Positions 25,882 through 38,627 of a DNA stretch of 64,000 bases are shown in pieces (the stretch's first letter is position 1; every line of letters starts with the position of its first letter). Below the pieces are notes generated by a model. The model did no database searches. It was not told the DNA's origin and saw only the letters and a list, made by a program, of their open reading frames with translations. Location of the stretch: positions 2,815,696-2,879,695 of the forward strand of contig MU058540.1 of NCBI GenBank assembly GCA_013265495.1. Direction: 5' to 3'. Origin of the DNA: Vicugna vicugna. Taxonomy: Eukaryota. The translations under genes were made by a program, and so were the position numbers.

Positions 25882-26056
25882 AGAACATCTTTGGCTCCAG
25901 CTCGAGCACCCACAGGCTACACAGACAGAGGCCACTTCCTTCCAAGCGAGAATCTGTAGCCACCAGCTTCCCAGTGCTGGAGGAGGCTGATGCTGCGGAG
26001 AAGGAGGCATTCTCTGCTTTCATGGAGCAGCTGGGGGCCAGCCACTTACTTCCTGA
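25882..26056 (+). CDS. RAB44: RAB44 coding exon 3
   Basis: ccacag|(K)NIFGSSSSTHRLHRQRPLPSKRESVATSFPVLEEADAAEKEAFSAFMEQLGASHLLP|gtaagg; 175 nt, phases consistent. Confidence 0.95.
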
Positions 26057-27299
26057 GTAAGGCCAGCACGGTGTGTGTTGGGGTGGGGGAAAGGAACAGG
26101 GGGAGGCACCGCCATTCAGAGGGGGCGAGGACTCTCCTGGACACAATGTCAAGATGGAAGCCACCAGGTAGAGATGCGTGCAAATCCTGATTCGGCCACT
26201 TGTTAGCTGTGTGACTGCAGGCAGGTAGCCCAACCTCTGACCTCTGTTTCCCTGGCTGCTGCGTGAGCATAAGAGCTGCTGTGGGATTAAATGAAGCCAT
26301 GTGTGGAGAAAACCTTCTCACCAGGGGTCCGTCCACCCCAACCCCTCCCTCCCTGCCCTGCCCTACATGATCACTCCTCAGAAGGATCAGCTTCCCAAGG
26401 GGACTCACATTCTTAAAAATATGAAGCTCCCTGAGGGTGCTTCTCTTAACCCAAAAAGAGGGTCCCCCAGTGGAGTGATTTCAGGCATGTTGATGCTCTA
26501 TATTGGGCAGGCTTAGAGACAGGGGGGCATTTCCACCAAATTGTCTCAGGCTCTGGGCTCTTGCGGTTCACTCAGACTCAGAGAAAGGGGGCCCTGCCTA
26601 AAAATGTCGCTCTCATATCCCCCAGGTCCCACAGGGAATCACCCTTGTCCATCTGCCCAGGTTCTCCCAGGTTCGCCTGCCCCTCAGGGCTCTGAGAACA
26701 AGCTCTCAGAGGGTGGGGCAGGTGTTGTGGGGCAGGCAGGGTGGGACTTGGGGTGCAGGCTGGCGGGGAAGGTGTGGTGGGGAGTGATTTACCCACTTGG
26801 CAGGTTAGCCTGGGCTCAGCCCTCAGGCATCTGTCTTCATGTCTTAATTAGATTCTTGTGAAAGCAGCATTTATCGAGTGCTGACCATGTGCTAGGCCCC
26901 AAGCCGGTGTTTTCACTGGGTGTGTCTCCTTCTCAAGCAGCCATTTTATAAATAAGCTCAGAGAGGGCATGGGACTTGCTAAATATCACACAGCTACAGA
27001 GTAGGAGAACAGAGAAAGCGAATGGAAGCCCTGGGCTATCAGACTTCCAAGTCCCCCCACCTGACAATAAATAACCAAACTGTAGAGAGACAAATTGCTA
27101 TGGGGCTTTCACAAAGGGAAAGGACACAGCTGGGAAAGTTTCCTGGAGGAGGTGGCATTTGATTTACACATTGTAGGATATAAATAGATACTTGTGGCCC
27201 ACAAATATCTTGGGGTGTTGCCATTAAAACTGAGGAGTGGGGCTCCTCCGCCTCCTGGTCCCACCACATGGCTAGTCTCTGGCTGTCTCTCCCTCCCAG

Positions 27300-27446
27300 G
27301 CAGGCGGAAATCTGGCAGCTGTGGAGGAAGCTGCGGCAGGAGGAGCCCCAGCTGGCGGGCAACCTGGAGGGCTTTCTAGCCAAGATGACCGGCCGCCTGC
27401 AGGAGGCACGGGCTGACAAGGAGGTTCTGGAACTGACCCTGAGGAA
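27300..27446 (+). CDS. RAB44: RAB44 coding exon 4
   Basis: cccag|QAEIWQLWRKLRQEEPQLAGNLEGFLAKMTGRLQEARADKEVLELTLR|gtgagt; 147 nt. Confidence 0.95.
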
Positions 27447-28117
27447 GTGAGTTGGGGCCAGAGGGCCACCCCCAGCCGCTGTCGGCACACAGTGGGTGCT
27501 CTTTACATTTCAGTTGAATCTCTATTGAATTCCCTCAGCTCCAGAAGAACCGAGGCCAGGCGTCCACAGCGGAGCCTGGAAACTGGCCGGGCAGCGTTGA
27601 GCTGGAAAAAGGGTTGACTAAGGGGACCTACTGTGGAGGACAGAGTTAGGCCTTCAACAAAAGTGGGAACGGCCAGCGTGTCTTGATGCAGGGCCACTGT
27701 GGCACCCAACTCCAGGGCACCACTCACGTAGCTTTCAATTCACGTGGTAACCCTGGGGTTGGCATAGGCACAGCCCAGCCAGGGAGTCTGAGTTATGGGG
27801 GTAGGAGGATGGTGACGGCAGGAATTGGGAACAGAGTGATGTGGCTATGGGGACCATGAGACGGGGCCACAGGAACCACTATCCTGCTGATGGTTATAGG
27901 AGTCAGCGTGCTGGGACCAGGCAATCAATGTCAAGGACATTTGTGTCAGGGAGCTCTTACTGGGATGACTGTTCTCAGGGTGACAGGGCTCTGTGACCAC
28001 TGGCAGAGTGAGGTGAGTAGCAGGATAGACTCCAAACCCTGGCCCAGACCACCCCTGTCAACAGCAGGGTCCCAGGGTGCTGATGTGGTGCCTGGCCCCA
28101 CCTCCCACCCCTTCCAG

Positions 28118-28208
28118 GCGGGACTCTGACCACCATCGCGAGGTTCAGCAACTCTACGAGGAAATGGAGCAGCAGATCCAGTGGGAGAAGCAGCAGCTGC
28201 AGGCTGAG
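28118..28208 (+). CDS. RAB44: RAB44 coding exon 5 (coiled coil)
   Basis: ttccag|RDSDHHREVQQLYEEMEQQIQWEKQQLQAE|gtgggc; 91 nt. Confidence 0.95.
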
Positions 28209-28621
28209 GTGGGCTTCCACCCCTAGGCAGCTCACCCTCCCCTAGCCCTGGACTCCTCTGCTGGCTAAGCAGTGGGCCAGCAACTGGCCAGTGTGGGGCA
28301 GCAGGAGGCTGCTGGGAATGGATCTTCTCACACCTCTGAGCTCCGTTCCTCAGAGAGATGGGGTGGGGAGTGCTGAGCCCAGGTGCCCTGCCTGGTCTCA
28401 TGTGTCCCCCAGAGCCACCCCTTCTGTTCTCTGGGCCTCAGGCTTCTTGTTGCTAGAGTCTAGCCCTGAGTCAAGAAAGTTGTCCTGCAACCCCTCCTGG
28501 CTGGGACATCCTGGACCCTGCACCCCAGGCCTGGGAGGAGGTGAAGTGTGGGAAGGGCCAGCCCAGTCCAGCTGGGTCTTAGATTCTGCCGTTCAGGGCC
28601 TGAGACCTCTCTGCTCCCCAG

Positions 28622-28717
28622 AGTGACTCCCGGGGCCTGGCCCTCAGCTCCCAGATGCAGGAGGTACTGGAGGCCAAAGAACGTGAGGTGCAGCGGCTGA
28701 CTGAGGGCCAGAAGGAG
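28622..28717 (+). CDS. RAB44: RAB44 coding exon 6 (coiled coil)
   Basis: ccccag|SDSRGLALSSQMQEVLEAKEREVQRLTEGQKE|gtgagt; 96 nt. Confidence 0.95.
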
Positions 28718-30668
28718 GTGAGTGACAGGGCTTCCCTGGGAGCCCAGTTTCTGAGGATTCACTGGGCTGGTTGGGCTCCTGTATCAGAGTAGCACCCTAG
28801 GAAAGAGATGTCTTGGTCCTTTTCTGAGATGAGGCCAGATAGTGCAGTGGAAGCACTGGGACATGAGCCAGAAGGTCCAAGTTCAAATCTTTGCAATTAA
28901 AAGCCATGCAAATCTGAGGAAATACCTTTGCTTGTCTTGGCTGTAGTTCCTCTGTCTGTAGAATGGGAATAGCCACATCTACTGCATCTTCCCAGCTTGT
29001 TGTGTCAAATGTGGTAATAAGTGAGAAAGCACTTTGAAACAGGAAAGCACTGAGGAAACACTCTGAATTCTCAATGTTGGAGAAGCTTGGTGATAGGGTG
29101 GTGTTCCACTCTCATTTCCATCATCAGCTGGGCGACCTTGGGCAGGTTTTTAACCTCTCTGAAACTTGATTTCCTCATCAGGGAAATGGAGATCAGAACT
29201 TTTGCCTTAGAAGGCTGCTGTGATGATTAAAGATACTATATTTGAGGGCCTAAGATGATGCCTACCACATAGTAGGTACTTTGTACATCAAGGTTGTTAC
29301 TGTCTCTGACTGTGATCTAGAATCATAGATCATAGTCTGCAGTCTGGTCAGCATACCTGCTGCCCCCACACCCCGGGTCTTGTAGGCTATGGTCTCTTCC
29401 ACTTGGCATTGTGGCTAAGCCTTTGGGTCTGAGACCCTGCCCCAGTGTCTCTTCCTTCCTCAACTTCCAGACCACTGACCTTAGTAAAATCACCATCTGT
29501 TGTAACTGGGAAAACCAACATCTCTTCAGCACTGGACCAGTTTCCCAGGACCTTCCCCACCATTGCCTTGGCTGGTCCCGCCACCTGGTCTCACTCTCCT
29601 GACACGGGTTGATTTCCCAGGTGCCTCTGCAGAAGCTTCTCCTTGGAAATTGAGGCAGGCCCCTTCTGCCAAGGGAGGAGGTTAGATTTTCCATATGGGG
29701 CCATTTTGTCCCACCCCCTGTGGACATGAAGCCTCTGCCCCCTGGCCACTCATTCCTTTACCCAGCAACCATCTATGGTGCACCTACTATGTGCCAGGCA
29801 ACTTTCTAGGTTCTGAGGAACATAACAGACACAAATAATCCCTGCTCATGGAGTTATTATGTAGTTACAGAAACAGGTGATAAACCAAATATGCAAGTAA
29901 AATCTATAACATATTAGGTAGTTAAAGTACTTAGGAGAATAAAGGAAAGCAGGGCAGGGGGATAGAAAGGTTTTGATAGGGGAGCCAAGGAAGACCTCAC
30001 TGAGATGATGACCTTGAAGTAAAGATCTGAAAGAGGTGATGGGTGGGCCATGTGGTATCTGCGGAAAGAGCAGTCCAGGCAGAGGGAATAGTGAGTGCAA
30101 AGGCCCTGAGGTGGGCATGATGCCCTGTGAATGTTCAAGGACCAGCAAGGACACCTGTGGGCGAGAGCAGACTGCAGGAGCCAGGGCAGTGGGAGATCAG
30201 AGATGTAACAGGGGTGGGGTAGGGGAGACTGCAGGGTCCTGGAGCCTATTTTGAGGCCTTTACCTTCCATTCAGTATGGCCAAGCAGCTCTCCGTCTCTC
30301 AGCCGTGTGACCTGCTGGTGGATCAGGAGCTCCTTGCCAATCAGATGGGGCTCAGAGATGAGCAGCCACTGCAGAGCTTTGAGCAGAGGAAGGTGTGATC
30401 CCATTTACATTTCAGGCCCTTGTTGTGCTGGCAGTTTGTGTTTCTTGCACAGTTCCCTCTCTCTTCCCTATTCCAGCATTTCCAGTATCTCTTCTGGGTG
30501 GGAGGTAATGGAGCTAATTAGGCCAATAAGGGGCAATACTCCCCAAACCTACGTTTTAAGCTGAGTCTCCAGGAGCCTGAGTCAGCGCCCCACAATGGCC
30601 TTGGGAGGCTGTTTGTTCCCCTGGAGGGCAACTGGGCTTCTCTTCTCCTCATCCTCCACCTCCTGCAG

Positions 30669-30856
30669 CTGGAGGCCCAGCTCCACCGCCTCAGCAGCAC
30701 ACACCAGGAGGCCAGCTCGGAGAACCAGCAGCTTCGGGAGGCCGAGCGTGACCTGGCTGGGCAGCTGGAGGAGGTGCGGGGAAAGCTGCAGGTGACCAGG
30801 GGGCACCTGAATGCTGCCAGGGGCCGTGTGTCCTGGCAGATGGAGGAGGAACCGAG
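30669..30856 (+). CDS. RAB44: RAB44 coding exon 7 (ends at a GC donor)
   Basis: ctgcag|LEAQLHRLSSTHQEASSENQQLREAERDLAGQLEEVRGKLQVTRGHLNAARGRVSWQMEEEP AG|gcaagt; 188 nt, phase 2. Confidence 0.88.
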
Positions 30857-31062
30857 GCAAGTAGCTGCCATCCCTGGGCTAGGGTGGAGACCAGGTGCTT
30901 CCTGGAAGAGGGGAGGGAGGCTCTGAGTTCACCCAGAACATACAGACTCCCTCCTTAAACCTCACAACAACCTTGCTAGGCTAGGATTATCATGCCCATT
31001 TCTCAGACAAGGAAACAGAGAGGGGAAAGTCATCTGCCCAGGATCAAGTGACTGGGGTTCAA

Positions 31063-31099
31063 ACATACACACACACACACACACAGACACACACACACA
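31063..31099. repeat. Imperfect (CA)n microsatellite
   Basis: Direct reading. Confidence 0.9.
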
Positions 31100-31411
31100 T
31101 GGGCTAGTGCAGTGCTAGATCCCTGGCAGGCATTCAATCTACTTGTCACAGGTCAGAGGAGTGGGATGGGCCAGAATGGTCAAGGAAGGCTTCCTGGAGG
31201 AGGTGAGGCTGAATATAGGCCTTGATGGATGAGCAGGATTGGGTGAGGGGGAGGAGTGGGTAGTGCACGCCAGGGGAGAAGAACTGCCAAAGAGAAGGCC
31301 AGAAGGGAGGGCTAGCCATGAGGTGTATACCCAATGGTGAGGGATGGAGGCAGGGTTGGTGTGGCATCTATCTGCCCCTCCCCTGACCTTAGCTTCCCAC
31401 ACTTGTTCTAG

Positions 31412-32877
31412 TATCCCCAGAGCAGGTGAGGAGAAGGCTTCAGACCCTCAGGCAGTCTCTTCTGAGGAGGCTCCCCTGCCGGGACTGTTTGGGGACAACG
31501 ATGACTGGGACCAGCTCCTGAGCAGCATCAGCAGCACCCCCTACAGAGCCCTGCAGATCTCCTGGAGCCCACCCCCAACCCCGAGAGCCCCCTCAGGCCC
31601 CCAGACACCCCGAGTGGTCAGGCAGATCTCTATCTCGGAGCCACGTGCTTTTCTGTTTGGTCAGGAGCCACCTTCAGATCCAGATGGGGCTCCAAGGAGC
31701 CCCCCTGGAGTGACTTCCCGGACCAAGGAAGGGAAAGCAGGGGATCCAGATGGGCAGGACATCAGCCCAGGGCAGGACATCAGCCTGGAACCCAAGGAGG
31801 AGTCAGGACCTGGGCCTGGGGTCCACTTCCACTGGGGTCTCCCAGGAGCCCCAACTGGAGAGTCAGGGAGCCTGGTGGCAACTGCGCTTAAAGTGCTTAT
31901 TCCTTTGGAGGATAGGCCCCCTCCTCCTGTGACCTCTCCCCCTCCCCAGGCCCCATCTGGGCCCAGAGAACAGTTCCAGGCCTTATACCCAGGCGATGAG
32001 GGTCCTGAGCTTGGGCCTGTCCCAGCCAAGCTGCCCAGGCAAAGAGAGGCCCTCCATCAGGACCCACACGCCACTGGCTCTGAGCCAGGACATGGGTCCC
32101 CAGGAGCTGGAGCCCTCATAGCAGGTCTGGCTGAACCCTCCCAGGGTCTGGAGCCTGTAGGTCAGACTCCCACAGAGAGATTGGAGCAGAGCAAGCCAGG
32201 CCCAGATGTGCAGGAGAGCCGTCCTGGGGGGCTACAAGGAGCTCATGGCCAGATCCTTGGGCCAGAAGGGCTGCCTGCCCTTGCCCACCAGGGTCTGGAA
32301 GAGGAGTCCAGGGTGGAAGAAAGTAAAGGAGTGGACCGAGGAGGGCAGGATCTCAGTTCAGAGCTATCCACTGAGGCTCTTGGCTTGAAAACTGGGCGTT
32401 CAGAACTCCCCCAGCAAGACTTCCTGCCTGCTTCCCTCCCACATGACCCAGCACAGGCTCAGGCCGAAGCAGAAACCCCTGCTCCTGGAAAACCATCACC
32501 TACAAGGGACTCTCCCTGCATTGGGGCTCAGCCTGGGGATGGAGCAGAGCCCTGGGAGCCCACACAAACCCTCCCAACCAGGGCTGAACTGGAAGCCCAA
32601 CCCAGGCCCCCACCCACAACTGCTCACGCAGAAGAACAAGGTCCCCCTCAATCCAGAGAGCCGAGGGCAGAGAACTGGCCTAAAGACCCAGGAATGGACT
32701 CCAGGGGTGCTGGGCCAACCCCATTTCCAGGGGAGCACATGGCCAGTGAACCTCCTTCAGCCAACCCTGATTACGCCTTCCATGTCATCTTCCTGGGAGA
32801 CTCAAACGTGGGCAAAACATCTTTCCTGCACCTGCTGCATCAGAACTCATTAGCTACTCAGCTGACGGCCACCGTAG
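31412..32877 (+). CDS. RAB44: RAB44 large coding exon 8 (Pro/Glu-rich linker plus start of Rab domain with P-loop GDSNVGKT)
   Basis: ttctag|(S)IPRAGEEKASDPQ...PGLFGDNDDWDQLLS...FHVIFLGDSNVGKTSFLHLLHQNSLATQLTATV G|gtaagg; 1466 nt. Confidence 0.95.
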
Positions 32878-32879
32878 GT

Positions 32880-33467
32880 AAGGACCCACCTGGGGAGGGA
32901 GGCGGGGGAGGGAGGGGGGACCCAGGGGACCAGGCTGACAGGCTGGAGCAGGCCCAGAGTGAGCCACAAGCCAACCCTGTGGAAGCTGTAGTTTCTGCCC
33001 TGGCCACAGGCCCTGCATTACACATTATTTTGCACATAATTTGGCTATTTTACTAATCATCTCTAATTACAGATAATTTGCTTTTTCTGCATTGATCTGA
33101 TTAGCTTATAATGTGCCACATCAACAAAGCACCCTGCAATTTAGGTGCCGGCACTGGCTGAAGGTGAAAACAAAAGGACCCAGCTGGGGAGGGAGGCGGG
33201 GGAGGGAGGGGGGACCCAGGGGACCAGGCTGACAGGCTGGAGCAGGCCCAGAGTGAGCCACAAGCCAACCCTGTGGAAGCTGTAGTTTCTGCCCTGGCCA
33301 CAGGCCCTGCATTACACATTATTTTGCACATAATTTGGCTATTTTACTAATCATCTCTAATTACAGATAATTTGCTTTTTCTGCATTGATCTGATTAGCT
33401 TATAATGTGCCACATCAACAAAGCACCCTGCAATTTAGGTGCCGGCACTGGCTGAAGGTGAAAACAA
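32880..33467. repeat. Tandem duplication, 2 x 294 bp, near-identical
   Basis: 32880-33173 is repeated at 33174-33467; I noticed only one mismatch (cccacctgg vs cccagctgg). Confidence 0.97.
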
Positions 33468-36365
33468 GTAGGTCTCCACCCACCTGGCCCCTGGGCGGGC
33501 CACTGCAGGGTCCATGCTGCTTGACTTTGCTCAGGACCAGCCCCAGGCCAGTCAGCCAGGTTCTGGCAGGAGGTCATGTTGGGCAAGTTGAACATTTTAC
33601 ACAGAATGTATTTGTAGAGTGGGGTAAGTTAGGAACACAGGTGCCTGAGTTCAAACCCCAGCTTGGCCACTTACTAGTGGTATTATTTAAGCCCTCTGAG
33701 CATAATGGGGCACCAATAGTGCTGACTTCCTGGAGTGCTTGTAAGAATTAGTTCCGTTAGTACGTCTCAAGGTCTTAGAATAGTATCTGGCATGTATTAA
33801 GTGCTCAATTAATATTAGTTATTTTCATGGTTGTTATTAATATAAGTAAATATTTGATAATGTCTAATTCAGTGGCTCTTGCAAATAATATGTCCCAAAG
33901 TACAAAGCTTCCTCTCCCTAAAAATATTGGGATATGTGGCCACTTGAACACTGCATAGAGTCACAGAAAAGAGCTTGTGGGAATATCCCACTTTGGGGCA
34001 AAGATGGAGTGATCCGCATCTTTGTGTCTGTCAGGGTGGATGTTGACTGGGGAACAGTGCCAGACCAGTGGATAAAGTTCTTAAACTTTACATAAGATAG
34101 GTGCCTCCAGGACAAGTTCTCAAACTTTTCTCTGCCTGAGAATCCTCACCTGGGGAGCCAGGTAACAATGTGGTGTCCTGGGGGATGGGGGACCCATAGG
34201 AGTTCTGGCCTGAGGTTGAGCAGGATCACAGGGTCTGCAAGGCCACCATCATTAATCACCTAAGCTACTGGTTACAGACCACCTACAAGGTACCAGGCAT
34301 ACATGTCTTATTCTTTACAACAGCCCTCCCTGTAATTGAGCCTCTCCCACTATTATGTGGTAAGAAGACTCCCCAAAAGTCAGTTGAGAAAAAGACAGCT
34401 TGCATAATTGTAAAAAAGACAGGGCAAGGCTGCTGCACTACTAGCCGGCTGGAGGACCTGAGATCCAGGTGTGTGATCCAAATCTGTCCCAGGCTCACCT
34501 GCAGTTTACTGCCCCTGGTGGCTGTCATCCATCTTGCTCAACCATAGGGATGATTCTGGCTTCCACAGTCATGAACATTTCCCTGCTCAGCATCACCCTC
34601 CTCCATTCCCACTCCCCTCTCTTACCTGCCGGCATTTGAGAACAAGGCCAGGTGGAGGACCAGATCCAGAGCCAAAGGAGTTATATCTGAATGTGCATTT
34701 TTGTGAGGATTCTTCTATCTATCCCCATTTTACAGATTAGGAAAACAGAGAATTGAAGACCTGGTTAAGTTTCTTGCCCCACTTGAGTCCCAAAGTTCAT
34801 ACCCAGGGCCACCTGCCTTCAAAGCACATGACCCCACACCAGAAGTTTTATTCTTTCCTGGGTTCAGTGTTGCCCTCTCCCTGGGTTTGTGCATGTATAA
34901 AATAGCAGATTCTTTGGGAAGCAGAAAACATTACGTTCCTAATAGTTTATGTGGGTAAGCTGTAACATGTCTGGGGGAGGATGTGAGGGGAACATGGATG
35001 GGTTTCGGAGGGCGATAGGCAGGGAGGTGGAAAGTGGCATTAATAGGGGAGTTATTAAAAGCAAAGAATAATCCTTAGATCATATGGTGGGTATTTAAGC
35101 AGAGGCTGGATATCATCACAAGCAGTGGGATTAGATAACCTCAGAAGTTCCTGCAGACCCTGGGCTTCCTAAGACCTTCAGGGAAGAGGGCAGTAAAGAG
35201 AAATGGATGCTACAGACCTCTGCTTCACCATTTACCGAGGTCAGACCTCCTGGAGCTGCCACTTCTCCCAGCTTCCTGTGGACAGCACGGGCAGGGGGTG
35301 TCTATGGCTTCTGTCACCACCAGGGACAGCAGCAGATGCTTAGAGGGGTCACCATGAGAGACCTTGAGGAAGGTCTCTAGTAGCTCAGGGCTATTATGAA
35401 GAGCCACCTCTTTCCTGAGCTGGTCTGGGCCGTACAGTGCGCTCTGCAGCCTCAAGGCTCCATTAGCACAGGGGGTGGGCATGGGGACAAAGCAGCCCCC
35501 CTCCGGCACCTCATCCCCCACCTGGTTTCCTTGGGAAATGAGGGTTGGCACGAAGGTATACTCCAAAGAGTCCAAATCTTCCTGGGATTTCACTATTACC
35601 TCCATATTTCCAGGGACGGAAAGGATCTGAAATAATGACACAGGGAGGGATGGGGACTGCGAAATTTAAAGAACTTGTGTCCAGGGAGATGGGAATTCAT
35701 AGTGATAATAAAAATTACCATCTCTCACTCCCCAGGCACTCGGCTGACTCCTGACATAAGTCATTTAATCCTCCCAACCACCCAGTGATGTGAGTCATTT
35801 TAAATTGCCACCTTGCAGATAAGGAAGGAAGGCTCAGAGAGGTGAAGTGACTTGCCTGAGGTCACACAGACAGTACAGCAGCAGAGGCTGGATAACTCAC
35901 AGCCCAGCTGGTCATCCTTGAAGCCAGTGCTTCTTCCACTCTCTCAGGCTACCTGTCTGCCCTGCTGTCTGGGTAAAGGGGGAAGATGCATGCAACAATT
36001 AGGAATGAAACAAGGAGTATTACAAAAATAAATAAAACTGATTTTCTTGAGTAGCCTGAGGAACAAACACTGCCATGCAATTGAGAAGACAGATATTTTC
36101 ATAGAAGTAAAGACAATGCAAGGTGCCTCGCATTGGCTGTCAGGGCAGGAGTGCAGTGGGGGCTGGGTGGTCAGGGAAGGCTTCTTGGAGGATGTGGGCC
36201 CTTGAGTATGGATGGAATTTGGAGAGCAGAGGGGAAGCCCAGCAGCTGAAGGTTCCCGTCCCACCCTGGCTGGTACTGGGGACACGTATATATTTGGGCC
36301 GGCCTCAGCTAAAAGACCTGGGCAGTAACTTGAAAGTACGCCTGACCCTCTTCTATGTGTCCTAG

Positions 36366-36447
36366 GAGTGGATTTTCGGGTCAAAAACCTGATGGTGGAC
36401 AACAAGTGCTTTGCGCTGCAGCTCTGGGACACGGCTGGCCAGGAGAG
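36366..36447 (+). CDS. RAB44: RAB44 coding exon 9 (switch I end, G3 WDTAGQE)
   Basis: cctag|(G)[28 protein letters not shown]|gtaatg; 82 nt. Confidence 0.97.
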
Positions 36448-37449
36448 GTAATGGGTACAGTCGCCATTAGTGGCGTCAGAGACCCAGGCTTGAGCCTGGA
36501 TTGCAGAGGGTGCAGCAGGCAGCCCCAGCCTTGAGGAGTCTAACACGGGCTAAGAGGCAACCAAGTGCAAATGCAAGTGCAGCTTCTATCCCTGAGGATT
36601 CAGGAGGTCAGAGACAGAAAGATGAGTCCAGTCCCAGTGGGGGGAGAAGGACACCAGACCTAGAGGTCCCCTCAGTCTGGCAGGGCACCTGTGAGGGCTG
36701 TCCCAACATGGCCCTCAGGGGACAGCTACCCAATTGCTGTCCTGAAAATACTGGCCTTCCACTTTCTAGTTAAGCAGTAGTCATTAAAACTGAAAAGACA
36801 CATCTTCTATGGTCCAGCAGTTCTACTTCTAGAAACTCATCCTACCCGTAAACTCGTACATGACTATATTGTCAAAGGGACCAAGACTGTTCATAGCAAC
36901 ATCATTTATATTATGAAACACTGGAAACAATCTAAACATCATCAATGTTATGAAGCCACAAAAAAGACCGAGGACTCTCTTTATGTACAAATAAGGAAAT
37001 AGCTCCAAGACATTGTATTAACTGGATAAAATAAAGTAAAGGCTACAGAGTATTAATGAGTACAGTGTTTTACACTGTATTTGCTCAAACAGTGTATGGG
37101 TATATATATACGTGTGTGTGTATAAGCATATATACATATATGTATGTACATAAAACACCTCTGGGAAAATATTTCAGAAATGGGTAACTCTGCCTCTGGG
37201 AGGCAGACTGGATGGCTGCAGGGTGAGGGTAGGGTCGACAGGGAGAGACTTTTCACTGGGTGCCCTTTGGAACCTTTTGAAATTTGAGCAATGAGAACTG
37301 TTACCTATCCAACAATAAACACACTCTGAGAAGGAAAGTATGTGCACACTCTCTTTGGGAAGCAATTAGAAGCAGGTGGAGTGAGGCCTAGAGAGGCCAG
37401 GCCTGGGGCCAGGCCGCCTGCCGTGGCCTTACGCAGACTCTCCGGGCAG

Positions 37450-37564
37450 GTACCACAGCATGACGCGGCAGCTGCTCCGCAAAGCTGACGGAGTGGTGCT
37501 CATGTACGATGTCACCTCCCAGGAGAGCTTTGCCCATGTGCGCTACTGGCTGGACTGTCTCCAG
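37450..37564 (+). CDS. RAB44: RAB44 coding exon 10
   Basis: ggcag|(R)YHSMTRQLLRKADGVVLMYDVTSQESFAHVRYWLDCLQ|gtgagt; 115 nt. Confidence 0.97.
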
Positions 37565-38627
37565 GTGAGTTAATGGCTGCTAGGGTTATAGTTTTTGGAG
37601 TCAAGAGGGAACTTGTATCCTGTTCCCTCCATTTTTTCTCCCAGGATTACAAATGACACTACAGACATGTGGGTGACATAATCTAGTGAGGGCAGTTGGC
37701 TGGATGGGCTGGAAGCATAGTGGTACAAAGAAACCACAACCACATAGTACTCCCTCCAAAACAAACTCTTTCCTTTATCCCATAACCATTTCTTTCCTAT
37801 ATACAGAAGCTCTGTGATGTCTTCTTAACACCTGGGGATAATGCAATTCTAGTGCCACTCTAGGTGATAATTTCTCTGTCCACACATCTCTAGTTCTTTC
37901 CCCTGTGTACTTAATTGATATGTATATGCTGAAGTTCTGCAGTATGTCCCAGCACAGCAGAGGGGTATAAAATAACATGTTGTTTTCCCTCTAGAAGTTT
38001 CTAGTCTATTTGAAGAGATGCAAAAGCAGCAGGATAAGGTAATATACGAAAGCAGCTGGGCTCTGGGTTCTAACCAGACCTAGGTTTGAATCCTAGTTAC
38101 CCCATCCCAATTCTGTGACTTAGGACAAGTGACTTAACCCCTCTGAACTTCAATCTCCTGACTTCCTTCACAGAGGAATTGTGAGGATTAACTAATATAA
38201 TTGCTCTCACCACAGCACCTGGTATATAGTAAACACTCAGTAAACAGAAGCTATTATTATTCATGAAACACAAAAGAAGCCAAGGCAGCATGTGTGATCA
38301 AGTGCTGGGCTGTTCAGCACAAGCAGGATGAGAAAGGCATGGACAGGAGCAATCCAGGAAGGTGTCCTGGGGGAGGTGCTTTGCAGGTTGGCCTTGGAAA
38401 GTGGGTGACATATTTGCAGGCAAAGAGGAGGGGCAGGTTCACTGCAGATGGAAGAGAAAGTGTCAAAGGCGGGAAGAGTGTGGAGTGGGCGTGATAACAA
38501 AGGTGGGCATGTGTGGAGGGAGGCTGCACACTGTCAGCTTCCTAGAGGGCGGGGCCAAATCCACCCAGGGCCTGGCACACAGCAGGTGCTCAACATGTGT
38601 GGCTGAGGGAATGTGTTCTGTGTGCAG

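Noticed and set aside
31344..33056. 570-aa ORF as a stand-alone gene
   Set aside because: It is the large RAB44 exon plus open flanking intron sequence.
35944..36546. 200-aa - strand ORF
   Set aside because: It is an antisense shadow of a RAB44 exon plus repeat-derived sequence.
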